A DNA stretch of 64,000 bases, from NCBI RefSeq assembly GCF_011745625.1, contig NW_027191499.1, forward strand, positions 62,001-126,000. The letters run 5' to 3'. Below, piece after piece: positions 37,417 to 48,754 of the stretch. The DNA comes from Cladosporium halotolerans (Eukaryota). The first letter of the stretch is position 1; the number at the start of each line of letters is the position of its first letter. Position numbers and translations under genes: made by a program. Below the pieces are notes generated by a model. It saw nothing but the letters and a program-made list of their open reading frames with translations. It was not told where the DNA came from and made no database searches.

Positions 37417-39262
37417 ATGGCACTCTTCGAGAAGAGCAGATTGGTCTTTGCATCCAGGAAAGATATCAAAAATGTACTTGTGGCCGACGGTGCCCCTACG
37501 GAAGGTAAATCGCGACATAACAAGGACTTGCTCCCAACGCCACCCCAGGACCGCACATGGAAATGGACTCACTACTTCGCTTACTACTTGACGTCCACTT
37601 TTTCACCAAGCGGATACAATCTCGGCGCCTCGCTAATTAGCATGGGTCTCCTGTGGTGGCACTGCATGATCGCTGCCGTCATCGGCAGCGGTATACTCAC
37701 CGTTGGTGTCATTCTGAACTCGCGAGGAGCTGCAAAGTACTACATCGGTTTTCCTGTCTATGTTCGCGCAGCAGCAGGAATTAGAGGTGCCAGCCTATAC
37801 ATCCTGGTCAGAGCCTTGGTTGCGACGATCTATTTCTCTACACAGACATACTACGGTGGGCGGCTGCTGTCTGTCTTGATGAGAGCAATCTTTGGGAACG
37901 GGTATTACAACATCCCGAACCATTTGCCAACGAGTGCGGGAATAACCTCGAGAGATCTACTCAGCTTCTTCATCTTCTGGATCGTGCGACTAAGCATTCT
38001 CCCTCCTTGTCACAATCATTGCTAACCGCTTCCAGATTCAATTTCCGGTCATGTTCATCCACCCAAAAGTACTGCGGCATTTGTTTGTCGTAAAGGCAAT
38101 TTATACGACCATTGCTTTGTTTGGAGTACTGGGTTGGGCTATTTCCGCCAATGGAGGAACTATCGGCGATTTCAGCTTCGACACAGACAAACCCCGTTTA
38201 TCCGGCACTGCGCTCATCTGGCCAACGATCTCGGCCATAAACTCGGTAATGGGTGCCCTGGCGCCTCTTTTGGTGAATCAGCCTGATATTGCTAGATATT
38301 CCAAGTCCTTCACTGCAACGACATGGTCACAGGGCTTAGGGATCCTCTCTTCGAAAACGCTCGTGATGTTCCTGAGCACAGCAACGACATCAGCAGCCAC
38401 AGGGGTTCTGGGAAAAAGCTACTGGAATGTATGGGACCTTTACGATGCTATACTTACGAGATACTGGTCTCATGGAGCAAGGGCGGGCATCGTGTTCAGC
38501 TCATTCGGAATGATTCTTGCCACGATTAGTGAGTTCGCTCTTCAAATTTACCTTCGTGATGGCAAGTTCTGACAATGCAAACACCCAGTCACCAACGCTG
38601 GATCGAATTCTCTTCCCGTTGGCGCAGACATCACCGGCATCTTCCCGAAGTGGCTCACAATTGTTCGTGGGCAGTGTCTATGCGCCATTCTAGCGCCTCT
38701 ACTGGTTCCCTGGAAGATAATCGCCAACGCGACGAGCTTCCTTACTTTTCTAGGAAGTTACACCGTCTTCCTTATGCCCATATGCGCATCAATGATCGTG
38801 GACTACTGGATCATCCGTAAAGGCAATTTCCACATTCCATCTCTCTACGTGTTGCATCCGGAAAAACCGTACACTTACTACAAAGGCTGGAACATTCGCA
38901 TGCTGCTCGCTTGGGTGAGCGGCATTGCATTTACCGTTCACGGTATAGCAGGCAGCCTGAATCCTGGCTCCGTCAACGTCGCTAGCACCAACATGTATAA
39001 GCTTGGCTTTGTGCTCAGCTTTCTGATGGGAGGGTTCGTCTACTATCTACTAAGCCTCCTGTGGCCACCAAAGATCTTGCCCAGCATCGATCACCACTCC
39101 AGCGTATCAACCTTCGAAGCGTTGGCTGCTAATGAGGGTTTTTTCGAAGATGAGACTCTTACGAATATTACTGGTGAGCTTCCAGCCGCCGGGAGCGAAA
39201 CCGAGTCCCCAATCGAAATTATTGAGATGGATCACGTGAAAGGCGCGCATAAAATGGCGTGA
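37417..39262 (+). CDS. NCS1 nucleobase/allantoin permease (Fur4/Dal4 family)
   Basis: NKDLLPTPPQDRTW, IGFPVYVRA, NQPDIARYS, LVPWKI and DYWIIRKGN. Two introns. Confidence 0.92.
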
Positions 39263-39414
39263 AGGCATGCTACCTCTTCCGCCATGTCGCACGACTAGAT
39301 GGAGGACCTCGGAGCGGCAAAACCCTTGTTAAAAGATCGTGTGTTCCTCATGAAAGGGCGAACATAGAGCTACACATGCTAACCCTAATCTCCTCCGCCT
39401 GCGCCCAAAGCTCA

Positions 39415-41436
39415 TCAATTCGGTGCATTGGTTTCTCTGCCATTGTATATCTTTGACCCTGGTAGCTTCTCCCAAGGTGCAAAAACATTGGTCTTCGTCG
39501 CCAGTGTGGCTTTCAACTCCGGAAAGTGTCGCCCCAACACATCACGCATAGTAGTATTCTGCACCCACTCGAAACCTTCTTGGGTGTACATCTCCGGATT
39601 CCAACTTCCGGCTATGAATCGATCGCTCTTCAGACGTCGACTCGCCATGAGAATGAAGATTCTGAACGCTGTGTCACTGAACCCGAAGCCTTGCGGCAAT
39701 GGTTCGCTGTGAGATCCCACCAGAGTGTCAACTTTGTTGATGTCCCCATTGTAGATCTCGCTGAGCTTCGCTGCCAGTTGTTTGTTTCCGCCTGTCAGCT
39801 CTTCGAAGGTCTTCGGAACTGTCATGCGAAGCAAGCGGCGGAAGGTCGTGTAGCGAGGGACTCCACGTTCGCGATCGCGCAGGATATCGACCGTACCCAT
39901 GTCCCGCAGCTGGTTGTCGGGTGTGTTGAGGCGCTGCATGACAGCAGGATAGTTGTTATTTGTGATGGCTCCTGGGTAGTTGATGCCAAAGGAGTAGAAT
40001 GCATCGGCAAAGGTCGCGCCAGCTTTTATCGGGTCGAGGGATTTGTTGAAGATGACGCTCTCTGTTGGGACAGTGCTCTTGTGCCTTCCGTCCACAGCGT
40101 CAAAAAGGGCGATGTTGTCTGGTGTTCGTCAGCTGCATGGATCTGGAGGCTGGTGGTGCAGCATTACCTGGGACCAATGAGTGCATCCGATAGACTGAGA
40201 CAAACTCCTCCGTCAAAGAATATGGTATGCCCTGATGGTCGACGCCAGAGCCCGGGATACCACTGATAGCTTCGCTCGTCTTTGAGATCCGTCCGACTGC
40301 CTTCGTAAGCTTTTCACCAACAATGCCCCACCAATTAGCGTTCATGCCGATTTGAAGAGCGGGATGTGCCAGAATGGCGGGTGTCCATTCGACGGTGTGG
40401 ATCTTAGCTAAGAGAGCGCAATTAATGATGCGAGCTTTATCGAAAATTTGATCACTGTCTAAGGTCAGCATGCATTGAGTAAGATCGATCCAATAACCTA
40501 CCCTGTCCAGCCAGGGTGGCCTTCGCGTATCTTGTCACAGATGGCATTGTGTTCGAGGGCGAAAAGCGTATGCAGAAGCTCGACGCCCAGCCACCAATTG
40601 TCGCTGAATCCAGTCTTGGGCGTGCCATCTTCGTTGCGTGGAAGAAATCGGTCCTCCTTCCCAACCTTGTCCAACATGAGCTTGCCATGCGGGTGATTGT
40701 TCCGAAGTGCCTTTGTGACGGCCTCGCTCGACCCGTAGATCTGTGACCCATCCCACCAAGCGGTGTTGGCGTTACGATATCCGGGGCAGTGCTCGTCTGA
40801 CATATCTAAGATACCGTCGGGCTTGGTCTGGAACAGTTTTATCTTGCCGGATGGCCACTGGTCACCTGGTACGAGGGGAACGTCATAGGTCTCGTCGCTC
40901 TGTCTTGGTCAGCTTTGCTACACTCGAACGTTTGTTGATGGTCTCACGATCTCATGGTTGAACCAGTCGTGAACCTGGAACTGAATCCATGCTGCGGCCA
41001 GCAAATTGAGGGTCGTCGCCGGTTTAAACTCCTCTGGCCTCCTTGCCATGAAAGCCAGACTCACCAGTCTTGGATTTGGGTTCCAAAGGTCGTCTTCGGT
41101 TGGCTTTTGACAGTACTTGCGGTCAAAGTTGCGACCAAATCTCATTCCTACGCACCCCATCTTTCGTAGCTCGAGTGAATTGTCTTGGCCGTCTGAGTTG
41201 CGGGTCCCAACGTATCGTTGCTCTGACGCTGACAGGGGTCCCAGTTTGCCTTGAGCATCTGCAGAGGCGTAACCATCGTGGAGATTGTAGTTGCGCAGCT
41301 CTATTCGAAGGAAGTCTAGATTGAACGCTCCAATTACACCCGGAAGGCGATGCCAGGGGATGAAAAAGTTGATGACTCGGAAGATCCTGATGAAGAGCCT
41401 TTCGAAAAAGGCCGGCTTGAAGTTTGGTGACTCCAT
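39415..41436 (-). CDS. Fatty-acid alpha-dioxygenase-like heme protein (peroxidase-cyclooxygenase superfamily), 4 exons
   Basis: AAAWIQFQVHDW, NTAWWDGSQIYG, AKIHTVEWTPA, PYSLTEEFVSVYRMHSL, RDRERGVPRY and FILMASRRLKSDRF. Confidence 0.9.
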
Positions 41437-42035
41437 GGCTATCGGTCAGTTTGACTCTCTGACAAGGCTCTGTCTGTTGTGGAGTATTGAGACTTTTGAT
41501 TCCAAACACAAACCGAGAAGCTGGAAGTATTCGAGTAGGCAGAGACTGATCGATCCGGGAGACCCTGCATTACATCTGCAGAAGCTGAACTTCAGCTTTC
41601 ATCTCCTTGCGCTACCGTCGGTACGGTCACGAAACCTGAAGGATGCACATGAGCAGGAATCTCCGCACTCATGCAGTCAGCATCTGCGGTTCGTTTGCGG
41701 TATTGCCGAGTGTGGCTGCGATTTCAGCTGCGAACCTGCATTCTGCAGGCATGTGATAGGCTGAGTCGCCGCGCACGCAGCTTTGCTTCTGTCTTCTTCT
41801 GGAATAGCTCAGTTTGAATCTAGTGGTACACCAACATGCATGGTCAGCATTGCTCAACCACATGCACGTCACTCGCGTAGATACGACATGTGATGGAGTG
41901 CGTGCCACCCCTTGTCTGCTCCAGACGCTACTGAGCCCCTATCGAGCGCTTTTGCAGCGACGGCAAAATCAAGCTCTTCGGTACCACTTTGCACATTCGC
42001 ATTCCTGTTTCCATCTCGCGACAACTGATCAGAAG

Positions 42036-42809
42036 ATGCATCTGGGGGTTTTTGATCTCGTCAAAGGCCTATTTCGCCCAGTGGCAGGCGACACTGAGAC
42101 GCTGAGCGACGGGAAATCCAACCACTATTACGCTCGAGGAAGAATCCAGGATCGTGGTCCTTGTCCAGCGTTGAACGCTCTGGCAAACCAAGGCTACTTG
42201 TGAGGCCCCCCTTTCTGATGAAGCAACACTTTAGTTTTAACAACCCGCAGACCTCGCAATGGCAAAAGCATCACGATTCCTCAAGTCGAGGATGCACTGA
42301 TGACCAGCCTGCATCAAGATAAAGCATTGGCTTCGTCCATCGCTAGACCGCTGAGGCAGATTATCCACTCCGATGGCACGTTCGATCTTCACGACATGCG
42401 TCGACACAACGTCATTGAGCACGACGCGTCTCTGACTCGACTCGACGCTCGCCAAGGTGACAACTACACTTTTCAGCCGGCAATGTTGCAGGCTATGTTG
42501 GCCGATGCCCACGACGGACCGGTCACGGTCAAGACTCTGGCCAAGTCATACAATCGTCGTAAGAGAGAGCGTAAGGCGGATGGAGGTGCACCGCTCCCGC
42601 TGAATCTGTGGTTTGTCAATATCATCCAGACTGTCTCGCTGCTGAACACGGCAGACACAGGCGGCAAGCTGTCTCGGGAAGTCTTGGAGCCTTTCTACGT
42701 CGAGGAGCGGATTCCAGATGTAATGCTGGAGAGCCGCAACACTCGGACTCTGACTGGGCTCTTGATCTATGCTGCTAAGCTGATGTTCTATATTGTTCTC
42801 GATCACTAG
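42036..42809 (+). CDS. Short heme-thiolate peroxidase / unspecific peroxygenase
   Basis: DRGPCPALNALANQGYL|PRNG (PCP proximal Cys) and HNVIEHDASLTR. Intron 42200-42250. No clear signal peptide. Confidence 0.9.
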
Positions 42810-43051
42810 CTTAACCGTATCATTGCCTCGATCTGTATCTTCATTCTTCCCGAAAGCAGAAAGACAGAAACTCACGTATACTTGTCTGTGATGAGAACTT
42901 GCTGGAGACGATGCCACTGAGCAAAACCTTTCGCTGGATATCAAGGTGGCACGAGACATGCGCTTGGAATGATGCGTACAATGGGCTGTCAAACGAACGT
43001 GCTACCGCGGGGAAACGTAGAGATCCAATACATCATTCGGGGACATCCTCC

Positions 43052-44434
43052 CTAAAGACGGCCAGCAAAGACCTGCTTGAAGAAGTCATTGAGGAACATG
43101 TCATTTGGATCAAATTGCTTGCGAAGCCCCAAGAATTCCTCCAGCGCCTCCTGATCACAAGGCTTATCGTACCAGACGACTGCATTGTCGACCGTCTTGT
43201 TGAGATGCGGAATTCCGCCATGCTGGATTGCCAGCTCACCGAAGGCTTTGCGAAATTGCTTCCATTTCGGGTCTCGTGGATCGTGATGCTCGGGGTCAAG
43301 AATCATCATGTTGGAGTTCTTGCTGCGGGATAGTAAGGAGCTTTCATCCTTGTTCATGCAGTAGACAATGGTGGGTAGAGTGATTAGGAAGTCGTGCTCG
43401 ACTCGGAAGCGTTCGAGTAGCTGACGATAAGCCCGTACCATGCTTGGCCAGTTCTTTTCTGGGAACGCCCAGTCGTGGAATTCAAAATCAGGGTCGTTTG
43501 CGTCCCAAAGGATACCACGATCATTGGGATCGATGATGAACTCGCTCCCTCGGAGAGCGTCGAGAGGGCCTTTGAGGAGGAAGTTGCTCAATGCTTCTGT
43601 GTGCTCAAGGGAGAGATGCAGGCCGGAAAGAGCTTGAGCGGCCGGTAGCACGAGACTGGTGTATAAATTGATGGCTTTGCTCTCGAGCGAGTTTGTCAAA
43701 GGGTGAGGAGGACACTTTTTGACATCCTGGAACTCACGGTGTTGAAGAAGAATGGTGTCAACACTTTGGAAGATCAGGGCGAAGACCTGATCAGACGAAG
43801 CACGCACTTGCGTCATCTGGTTGTCGAAATCGCCGAGAAAATGGTAAAGATTCTGAGTCTCGTAGGTGAAAAGAAGAGACCTGGTCGGCCAAATGCGGAC
43901 GGTCACTTCACACACAACGCCGAAAAGCCCAAAGTGGGACCTGATGGCGGGCAGGTACTGCGCGTTTCTCTTCTCTGAGATTTCCAGCAACTCCCCATGG
44001 CCAGTGACCAGCTTGACGCCAACGACAAAGGAAGAGATCTGAGCGTTGTCGCTCACAGAGGTATCATTTGCGTGGGTGCCGCTGATGGCTCCGAAAAGGA
44101 AGTTGCCATACTCAAGGATGACGGGGGGCTGGTACCCAAGCGGCTCAAGGTGGCCGCAAAGTTGATTGAGGGATACGCCGGGCTGAACAGTAGCAGTGAG
44201 ATTGTCTTTGTCGACGGAGACAATTCTGTTCATCTTTTCACTGGAGATGATGATGTCGCTACCAACGAAGCATGGCGTAACGGAGTGAATTGCTCCGATA
44301 GCCTTGACTTTTGCATTGCTGGCGTGAGCTTGTCTGACTATCCGCTGGACTTCGTCGGTGCTGCTCGGCTTCTTGAACTTGGCATCGTCCACGTGAAACT
44401 GGATGGTGTCGTTCCAATTCCCAAGAGTAGGCAT
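43052..44434 (-). CDS. FAD-linked oxidase, aldonolactone oxidase (GULO/ALO)-like
   Basis: NWN..P, GAIHS flavin-binding region, GAISGTHA, GLFGVVCEVT and C-terminal GGIPHLNK..RKQFDPNDMFLN. Intronless. Confidence 0.85.
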   Translation of the reverse strand: MPTLGNWNDTIQFHVDDAKFKKPSSTDEVQRIVRQAHASNAKVKAIGAIHSVTPCFVGSDIIISSEKMNRIVSVDKDNLTATVQPGVSLNQLCGHLEPLGYQPPVILEYGNFLFGAISGTHANDTSVSDNAQISSFVVGVKLVTGHGELLEISEKRNAQYLPAIRSHFGLFGVVCEVTVRIWPTRSLLFTYETQNLYHFLGDFDNQMTQVRASSDQVFALIFQSVDTILLQHREFQDVKKCPPHPLTNSLESKAINLYTSLVLPAAQALSGLHLSLEHTEALSNFLLKGPLDALRGSEFIIDPNDRGILWDANDPDFEFHDWAFPEKNWPSMVRAYRQLLERFRVEHDFLITLPTIVYCMNKDESSLLSRSKNSNMMILDPEHHDPRDPKWKQFRKAFGELAIQHGGIPHLNKTVDNAVVWYDKPCDQEALEEFLGLRKQFDPNDMFLNDFFKQVFAGRL

Positions 44435-45088
44435 TGTCGCCGACTAGATCACAGTAATAGATTTCTTCAAGAGCAATGACCTGTTGTCATGTATGGGTTC
44501 GGCCAGCCTTTGCGGCGGCGGTAGTAGGAAAATATGGGGTTCAACAAGTTGGTTCTTAGATCAGAGTATCTTATGCGATGTGTAACGTACTGCCAACGCA
44601 TCAGATGTTCAGCTGAAGCTCTGCATGCGCAGGATGCTGCCGTTGAAGTTCGTGCTGACGGCAGACCCGTGGAGAGCTGAAGAAAAAGGAACGTATTCAC
44701 AGCTGAGTCTCGGCATGCGGATCTACATGAGGACAATCCCTATTCTGGAGCGCAATGTGGCTGACGAAATGTGGAGCTGCTCGTATGCTTCATGTGCTGC
44801 AAATTGATAAAGTCTAACATCCAGCAGGGTCAGCAGATGGTGGGCTGCAAAAATGAGTCATCAGTATAGTCTGACAGGCTCCCATGACCATCCAGGGAGC
44901 TCCTTGATAGGTAAATCTCACTGCGTCGTTTGCGGGACGCAGCTAATTAAAAGCGATTGGAGCACTGATCAACCTTCCAGCTCCGGCTGCAGGCACAGCT
45001 CGTGTGGTACGCAGTCTCTACCACTTTTACTCTCCTTTCCGTACAACGTCTTGAATGCGGCACCTTGATTACGTCGATGCGCACTCGA

Positions 45089-48000
45089 TCACCTTTTCGA
45101 CACACCCGATTCTGCATCCTTCACATCGAACGCGTGGTCTTGCATGCTTAGCGCCAGTGCCATTTGCAAGTCTGCGTCGCCCTCATCATCCATCGCCTGC
45201 TCGCAGCCCTTACCTCTGTGCCAATGTCGGTCTTCCAGCAAGCTTTGTTTTTTGACGTACTCTAGTACGATGTCCTCCTCTGTCTTCTCTTGTACCGTTT
45301 TCCCCCTTTGGTCTTGCTGACGCTCTGTCTCGAATTGCATTTGCGTGACACCGGCGAGATGCGAAAGATCATCCGACGGGCGTTGCTGGACTGAGCTGCT
45401 TCCGCTCTCTGTGGTGATGACCATTCCGCTTCCATGACTGCAATCTGCTCGTACAGGGTAAACATGGTCACTGGCATCCTGAGTTCTGTCCGACTCACTT
45501 CTTTCCAAACTTTTTGCTTGCTGAGCTTGACTTTTAGCGGTTGCTGTCGCTGACGGCGACTTTGCTCCTCCGCGAAGGAAGTCTAGACCGTCATGTTGCT
45601 GTTGACGCTGAGAAGCAGGAGTCCAATTCAGATAGCTGACGGCCCCATCATTTTCTGCATAGTCGTGTGTGGTCTCATCTAGAGACAACCGAAGCGTTTC
45701 CTCAATCTCCATAGCTTCCAAGGAATCCTGAGAGGACCGTGAAGAGCTCGTTGTCCGCGCAGAACTGTCGTGTTGCGTAACCGGACCACCTGCAATGCCG
45801 ACGATCGAGCTCCCAGATTCAAACGGCCGGGGATGTTGGCGAACCTCGCCGCCATCTCCAGTCTGCTTTCCCTGCGCCTCGAGCAAATCCCTCATCAATT
45901 CGTCATTGGTCCGCCTCTTCTTCAGATATTTCTGAATCAGTTTCCATCGAGCAACAACGTCTTCCTTCTCAGCATCGGAGCTCCGCAGCCACTCTTCGTA
46001 CCCTTGTGTCGTCCTCGAAGCAATGATGTAATCCTGAACATTTCCCCCAAATAGCTTTTGTACCTCTTTGTGCACTCCCTTCATGGTGTACCCAAGGATC
46101 CCTAACAAACTGGCCGTCGGCTTGGAGATGAATCCACCAATCCCCTTTCCGACACCTTTCATGAAACCACCGACTCCATCCTCTCGTGCGCAATTCCAAG
46201 GCTGCGTTGCAAGCCCAGTCACGCCATCATACCACCCAAGCCCGAAACCTTTGCCGGCCGCTCGAGCGCCAGATGTGAAGTCGCTGACACGCGCTTGCGG
46301 GCGCACCGTGGTGTCATTCCAGAGCTTAGGAAGGTTGTGACAACCCTTTGTCAGGCCCATCGAGAGCTCCATGGGTGATTGCACGAGGGCTTTGGCGAAG
46401 CGGCCAAGGCCTTTCGTCTGGTGGATGTTTGGGCGTAGCATGTCGCGGGGTGTGCTGGAGCTGGATGCATAGCTGTCCAGAGATGGTTTTGCAATATTGC
46501 TGTCTTGAGCAGTGGCTGAGTACGTTCGTGATGGGTTTGGCGTGGTGCTATAGTATCTGCCCACCGTTGATGATGAGCAACTGGAAGGCGTGGAAGGATT
46601 CCTCCTGACGGTGTCGTCTGCTTTCCCGGTCAAGCTTGCAGGACTTGCATCAGAAGAACTAACTGGGTTGGGTGCAAAGATTCCATTCTTCGTCTTGCCT
46701 TCTTTGGCCAACGAGGCCTCAGATCGCTGTTCTCTGTGTTTGAAGGGGAGTTGTAAGGCTTTGTAAGTCTCGGTCGGCATGTCAGCCAGTCCCATGGCCA
46801 TTCCACTAACAGCTTCGCAAGCTGCCACGAAGCCTCCGGAGATTGGGTCCCACGGACCTTCGTCAGTCTCGTATTCTTGTGGTCTGTAGAGCTTTAGATC
46901 ATGGAAATCGACAAGACCTGCGTTGGCTAAAGTGCAGGCGGCGAAAGCGCTCAGTCTTATTTTTGTACGCTTGATACGCCATGTCGCCGCCCGAGATGGT
47001 GTCAAGGTGCAGCGGAGTCGATCTGGCTCTAAATGTTGGTGAAAAGATTGAGAGGCCGTGTCGTTTCCTTGCTCCACAGCAATTTTGCACGCAAGTTCTT
47101 GGGCGCGGGCTTGCGTGTTGGATGACAAGCAAAACTCGATAGAATCAGCTAGCCTGGCCGCAGTCAGCTGCTTATGCGGAATCGGGACAGGACCTGCGCC
47201 TGCTTGCGAGATCATTGTGCCCCAGAACGGCTGATCGCCGAAAAATGGCACAATGGCAGTAGGCCGGCCTGCGGCTATGCCAGCTGCTGTGGTACCTGCA
47301 CCACCGTGGTGAACGACACACGATACCCGCTTGAAGAGCCAGTCATGTGGTACATTGCCTAGCATGAGAACACCATTGGGGACTTCAAGCTCTGCGCCAA
47401 TGCCTCCCCAACCTTTAGAGACGAGCATGCGCTGGCCGGTCATCTTTTTAGCCTCGAAAATGAGACTTGTCATCGCGGCAGGATCGTCTAGGACAATACT
47501 TCCAAATCCTACGTAAACAGGAGGTGGACCGGCATCAAGAAACGCTTGAAGGTCAGCAGGAGGTGTGTAGTCTGATGCGGAGAGGATGCAGTATCCAGAA
47601 ATGGAAATCTGCGGGCCCCAATCCTTTGGCTTAGGCACCAAGGCCGGAGACCAGCAGTACGTGTGAGGGATTTTTAGACGTTGGAGCATCCCAGGAGCCC
47701 AGACCAAACTGATAGGGTCCAGCCCGAGACACCGCCTTCGAAAGCGGTTAATGATGTCGCCCAGACCATGCCATGAGAGAACTTCGATCATAGCGTAACT
47801 CAGATAGTTAGTGAGCTGAGGGTCCGCTTCCGAGGATTGAACATTCGCGAGGGGATGAGGAAATGCCTGAGTGGGCGAAAAGGGCATTGTGAACATGATA
47901 TGGAGAGGAACTCCCATCTTCTCTGCGCAATGGATGTGAGCGAAGCTTGGGGGGTTGGCGATAATGCAGTCGGCAACGAAAGGCTTGTCTTCGTCGGCCG

Positions 48001-48754
48001 GATGGAGACTGATGCCGTTGCCGGCCTGATAGCAGGATCGCCAGCAGCCTTGAATGTATTCTGCAACATCCCTCCTTCGCTGACGGACTTCGCCAGTCAC
48101 AAGGCTGCGGACTCCGGGCATTAAAGCAGGGTTCTTGACCATGAAGGCCATCAGCCGGGCAGGGTCGCCGCCAATGCTGAAGAACTCTAAGCCATTCTTT
48201 TGAACAAAATCCTTGAAATTAGGATGGGTGGCCACGCGAACCCGATGACCGTAAGTTTCCTTCAAAACTTTCCCCAGCGCAATGAAAGGCTGTACATCTC
48301 CGCGTGAACCCACGACTTGCATGACAATATTCAATTGAGGAAATGACTCGACTCCCAAAGAAGGTGGTACGGTAGGCGAAAATGGCTTGGGACTTTCGTC
48401 GATACTTTGTATGTGTTGTCGCAACGCCGGAGCGAACACTTGGGAGAGACGACGGTTTAATTGGTTGATGCGAATATTGACGCGGCCATCGTCAGTGATA
48501 GAGACGCTTGTGTCCAGGCCGTCCTTGCTGGCTCGGACTTCGCCGTTGAGGTCGCCATAAGCAGGAGGGAGAGGATCCCCATCCTCTGTCACGTCGGGGG
48601 CTGTGAGGTCGGTGTTCTCGAGGAAACATTTGTGGCTTGGGAGAGTCGCAGGCTTGGTTTGAGCGGCAGCGGCTGCTTGTGCTTGTTGAATCATGTTTTG
48701 CCGAGCGTCGGCATCGAGGGTGTGCTGCTCATGTTCAAGAGGTTCAACAGCCAT
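45089..48754 (-). CDS. GT1 sterol-glucosyltransferase-like protein with C-terminal extension
   Basis: VGSRGDVQPF, IANPPSFAHIHCAE, YVGFGS, PHDWLF, HHGGAGTTAAG and PFFGDQPFWG, followed by Gly-rich helices and UIM-like ADLQMALALSM. Confidence 0.9.
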   Translation of the reverse strand: MAVEPLEHEQHTLDADARQNMIQQAQAAAAAQTKPATLPSHKCFLENTDLTAPDVTEDGDPLPPAYGDLNGEVRASKDGLDTSVSITDDGRVNIRINQLNRRLSQVFAPALRQHIQSIDESPKPFSPTVPPSLGVESFPQLNIVMQVVGSRGDVQPFIALGKVLKETYGHRVRVATHPNFKDFVQKNGLEFFSIGGDPARLMAFMVKNPALMPGVRSLVTGEVRQRRRDVAEYIQGCWRSCYQAGNGISLHPADEDKPFVADCIIANPPSFAHIHCAEKMGVPLHIMFTMPFSPTQAFPHPLANVQSSEADPQLTNYLSYAMIEVLSWHGLGDIINRFRRRCLGLDPISLVWAPGMLQRLKIPHTYCWSPALVPKPKDWGPQISISGYCILSASDYTPPADLQAFLDAGPPPVYVGFGSIVLDDPAAMTSLIFEAKKMTGQRMLVSKGWGGIGAELEVPNGVLMLGNVPHDWLFKRVSCVVHHGGAGTTAAGIAAGRPTAIVPFFGDQPFWGTMISQAGAGPVPIPHKQLTAARLADSIEFCLSSNTQARAQELACKIAVEQGNDTASQSFHQHLEPDRLRCTLTPSRAATWRIKRTKIRLSAFAACTLANAGLVDFHDLKLYRPQEYETDEGPWDPISGGFVAACEAVSGMAMGLADMPTETYKALQLPFKHREQRSEASLAKEGKTKNGIFAPNPVSSSDASPASLTGKADDTVRRNPSTPSSCSSSTVGRYYSTTPNPSRTYSATAQDSNIAKPSLDSYASSSSTPRDMLRPNIHQTKGLGRFAKALVQSPMELSMGLTKGCHNLPKLWNDTTVRPQARVSDFTSGARAAGKGFGLGWYDGVTGLATQPWNCAREDGVGGFMKGVGKGIGGFISKPTASLLGILGYTMKGVHKEVQKLFGGNVQDYIIASRTTQGYEEWLRSSDAEKEDVVARWKLIQKYLKKRRTNDELMRDLLEAQGKQTGDGGEVRQHPRPFESGSSIVGIAGGPVTQHDSSARTTSSSRSSQDSLEAMEIEETLRLSLDETTHDYAENDGAVSYLNWTPASQRQQQHDGLDFLRGGAKSPSATATAKSQAQQAKSLERSESDRTQDASDHVYPVRADCSHGSGMVITTESGSSSVQQRPSDDLSHLAGVTQMQFETERQQDQRGKTVQEKTEEDIVLEYVKKQSLLEDRHWHRGKGCEQAMDDEGDADLQMALALSMQDHAFDVKDAESGVSKR

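Noticed and set aside
39379..39388. CTAACCCTAA template-like motif
   Set aside because: Lies in a ~150-bp gap between convergent genes.
39526..40266. 246-aa plus-strand ORF
   Set aside because: Antisense to the alpha-DOX exons.
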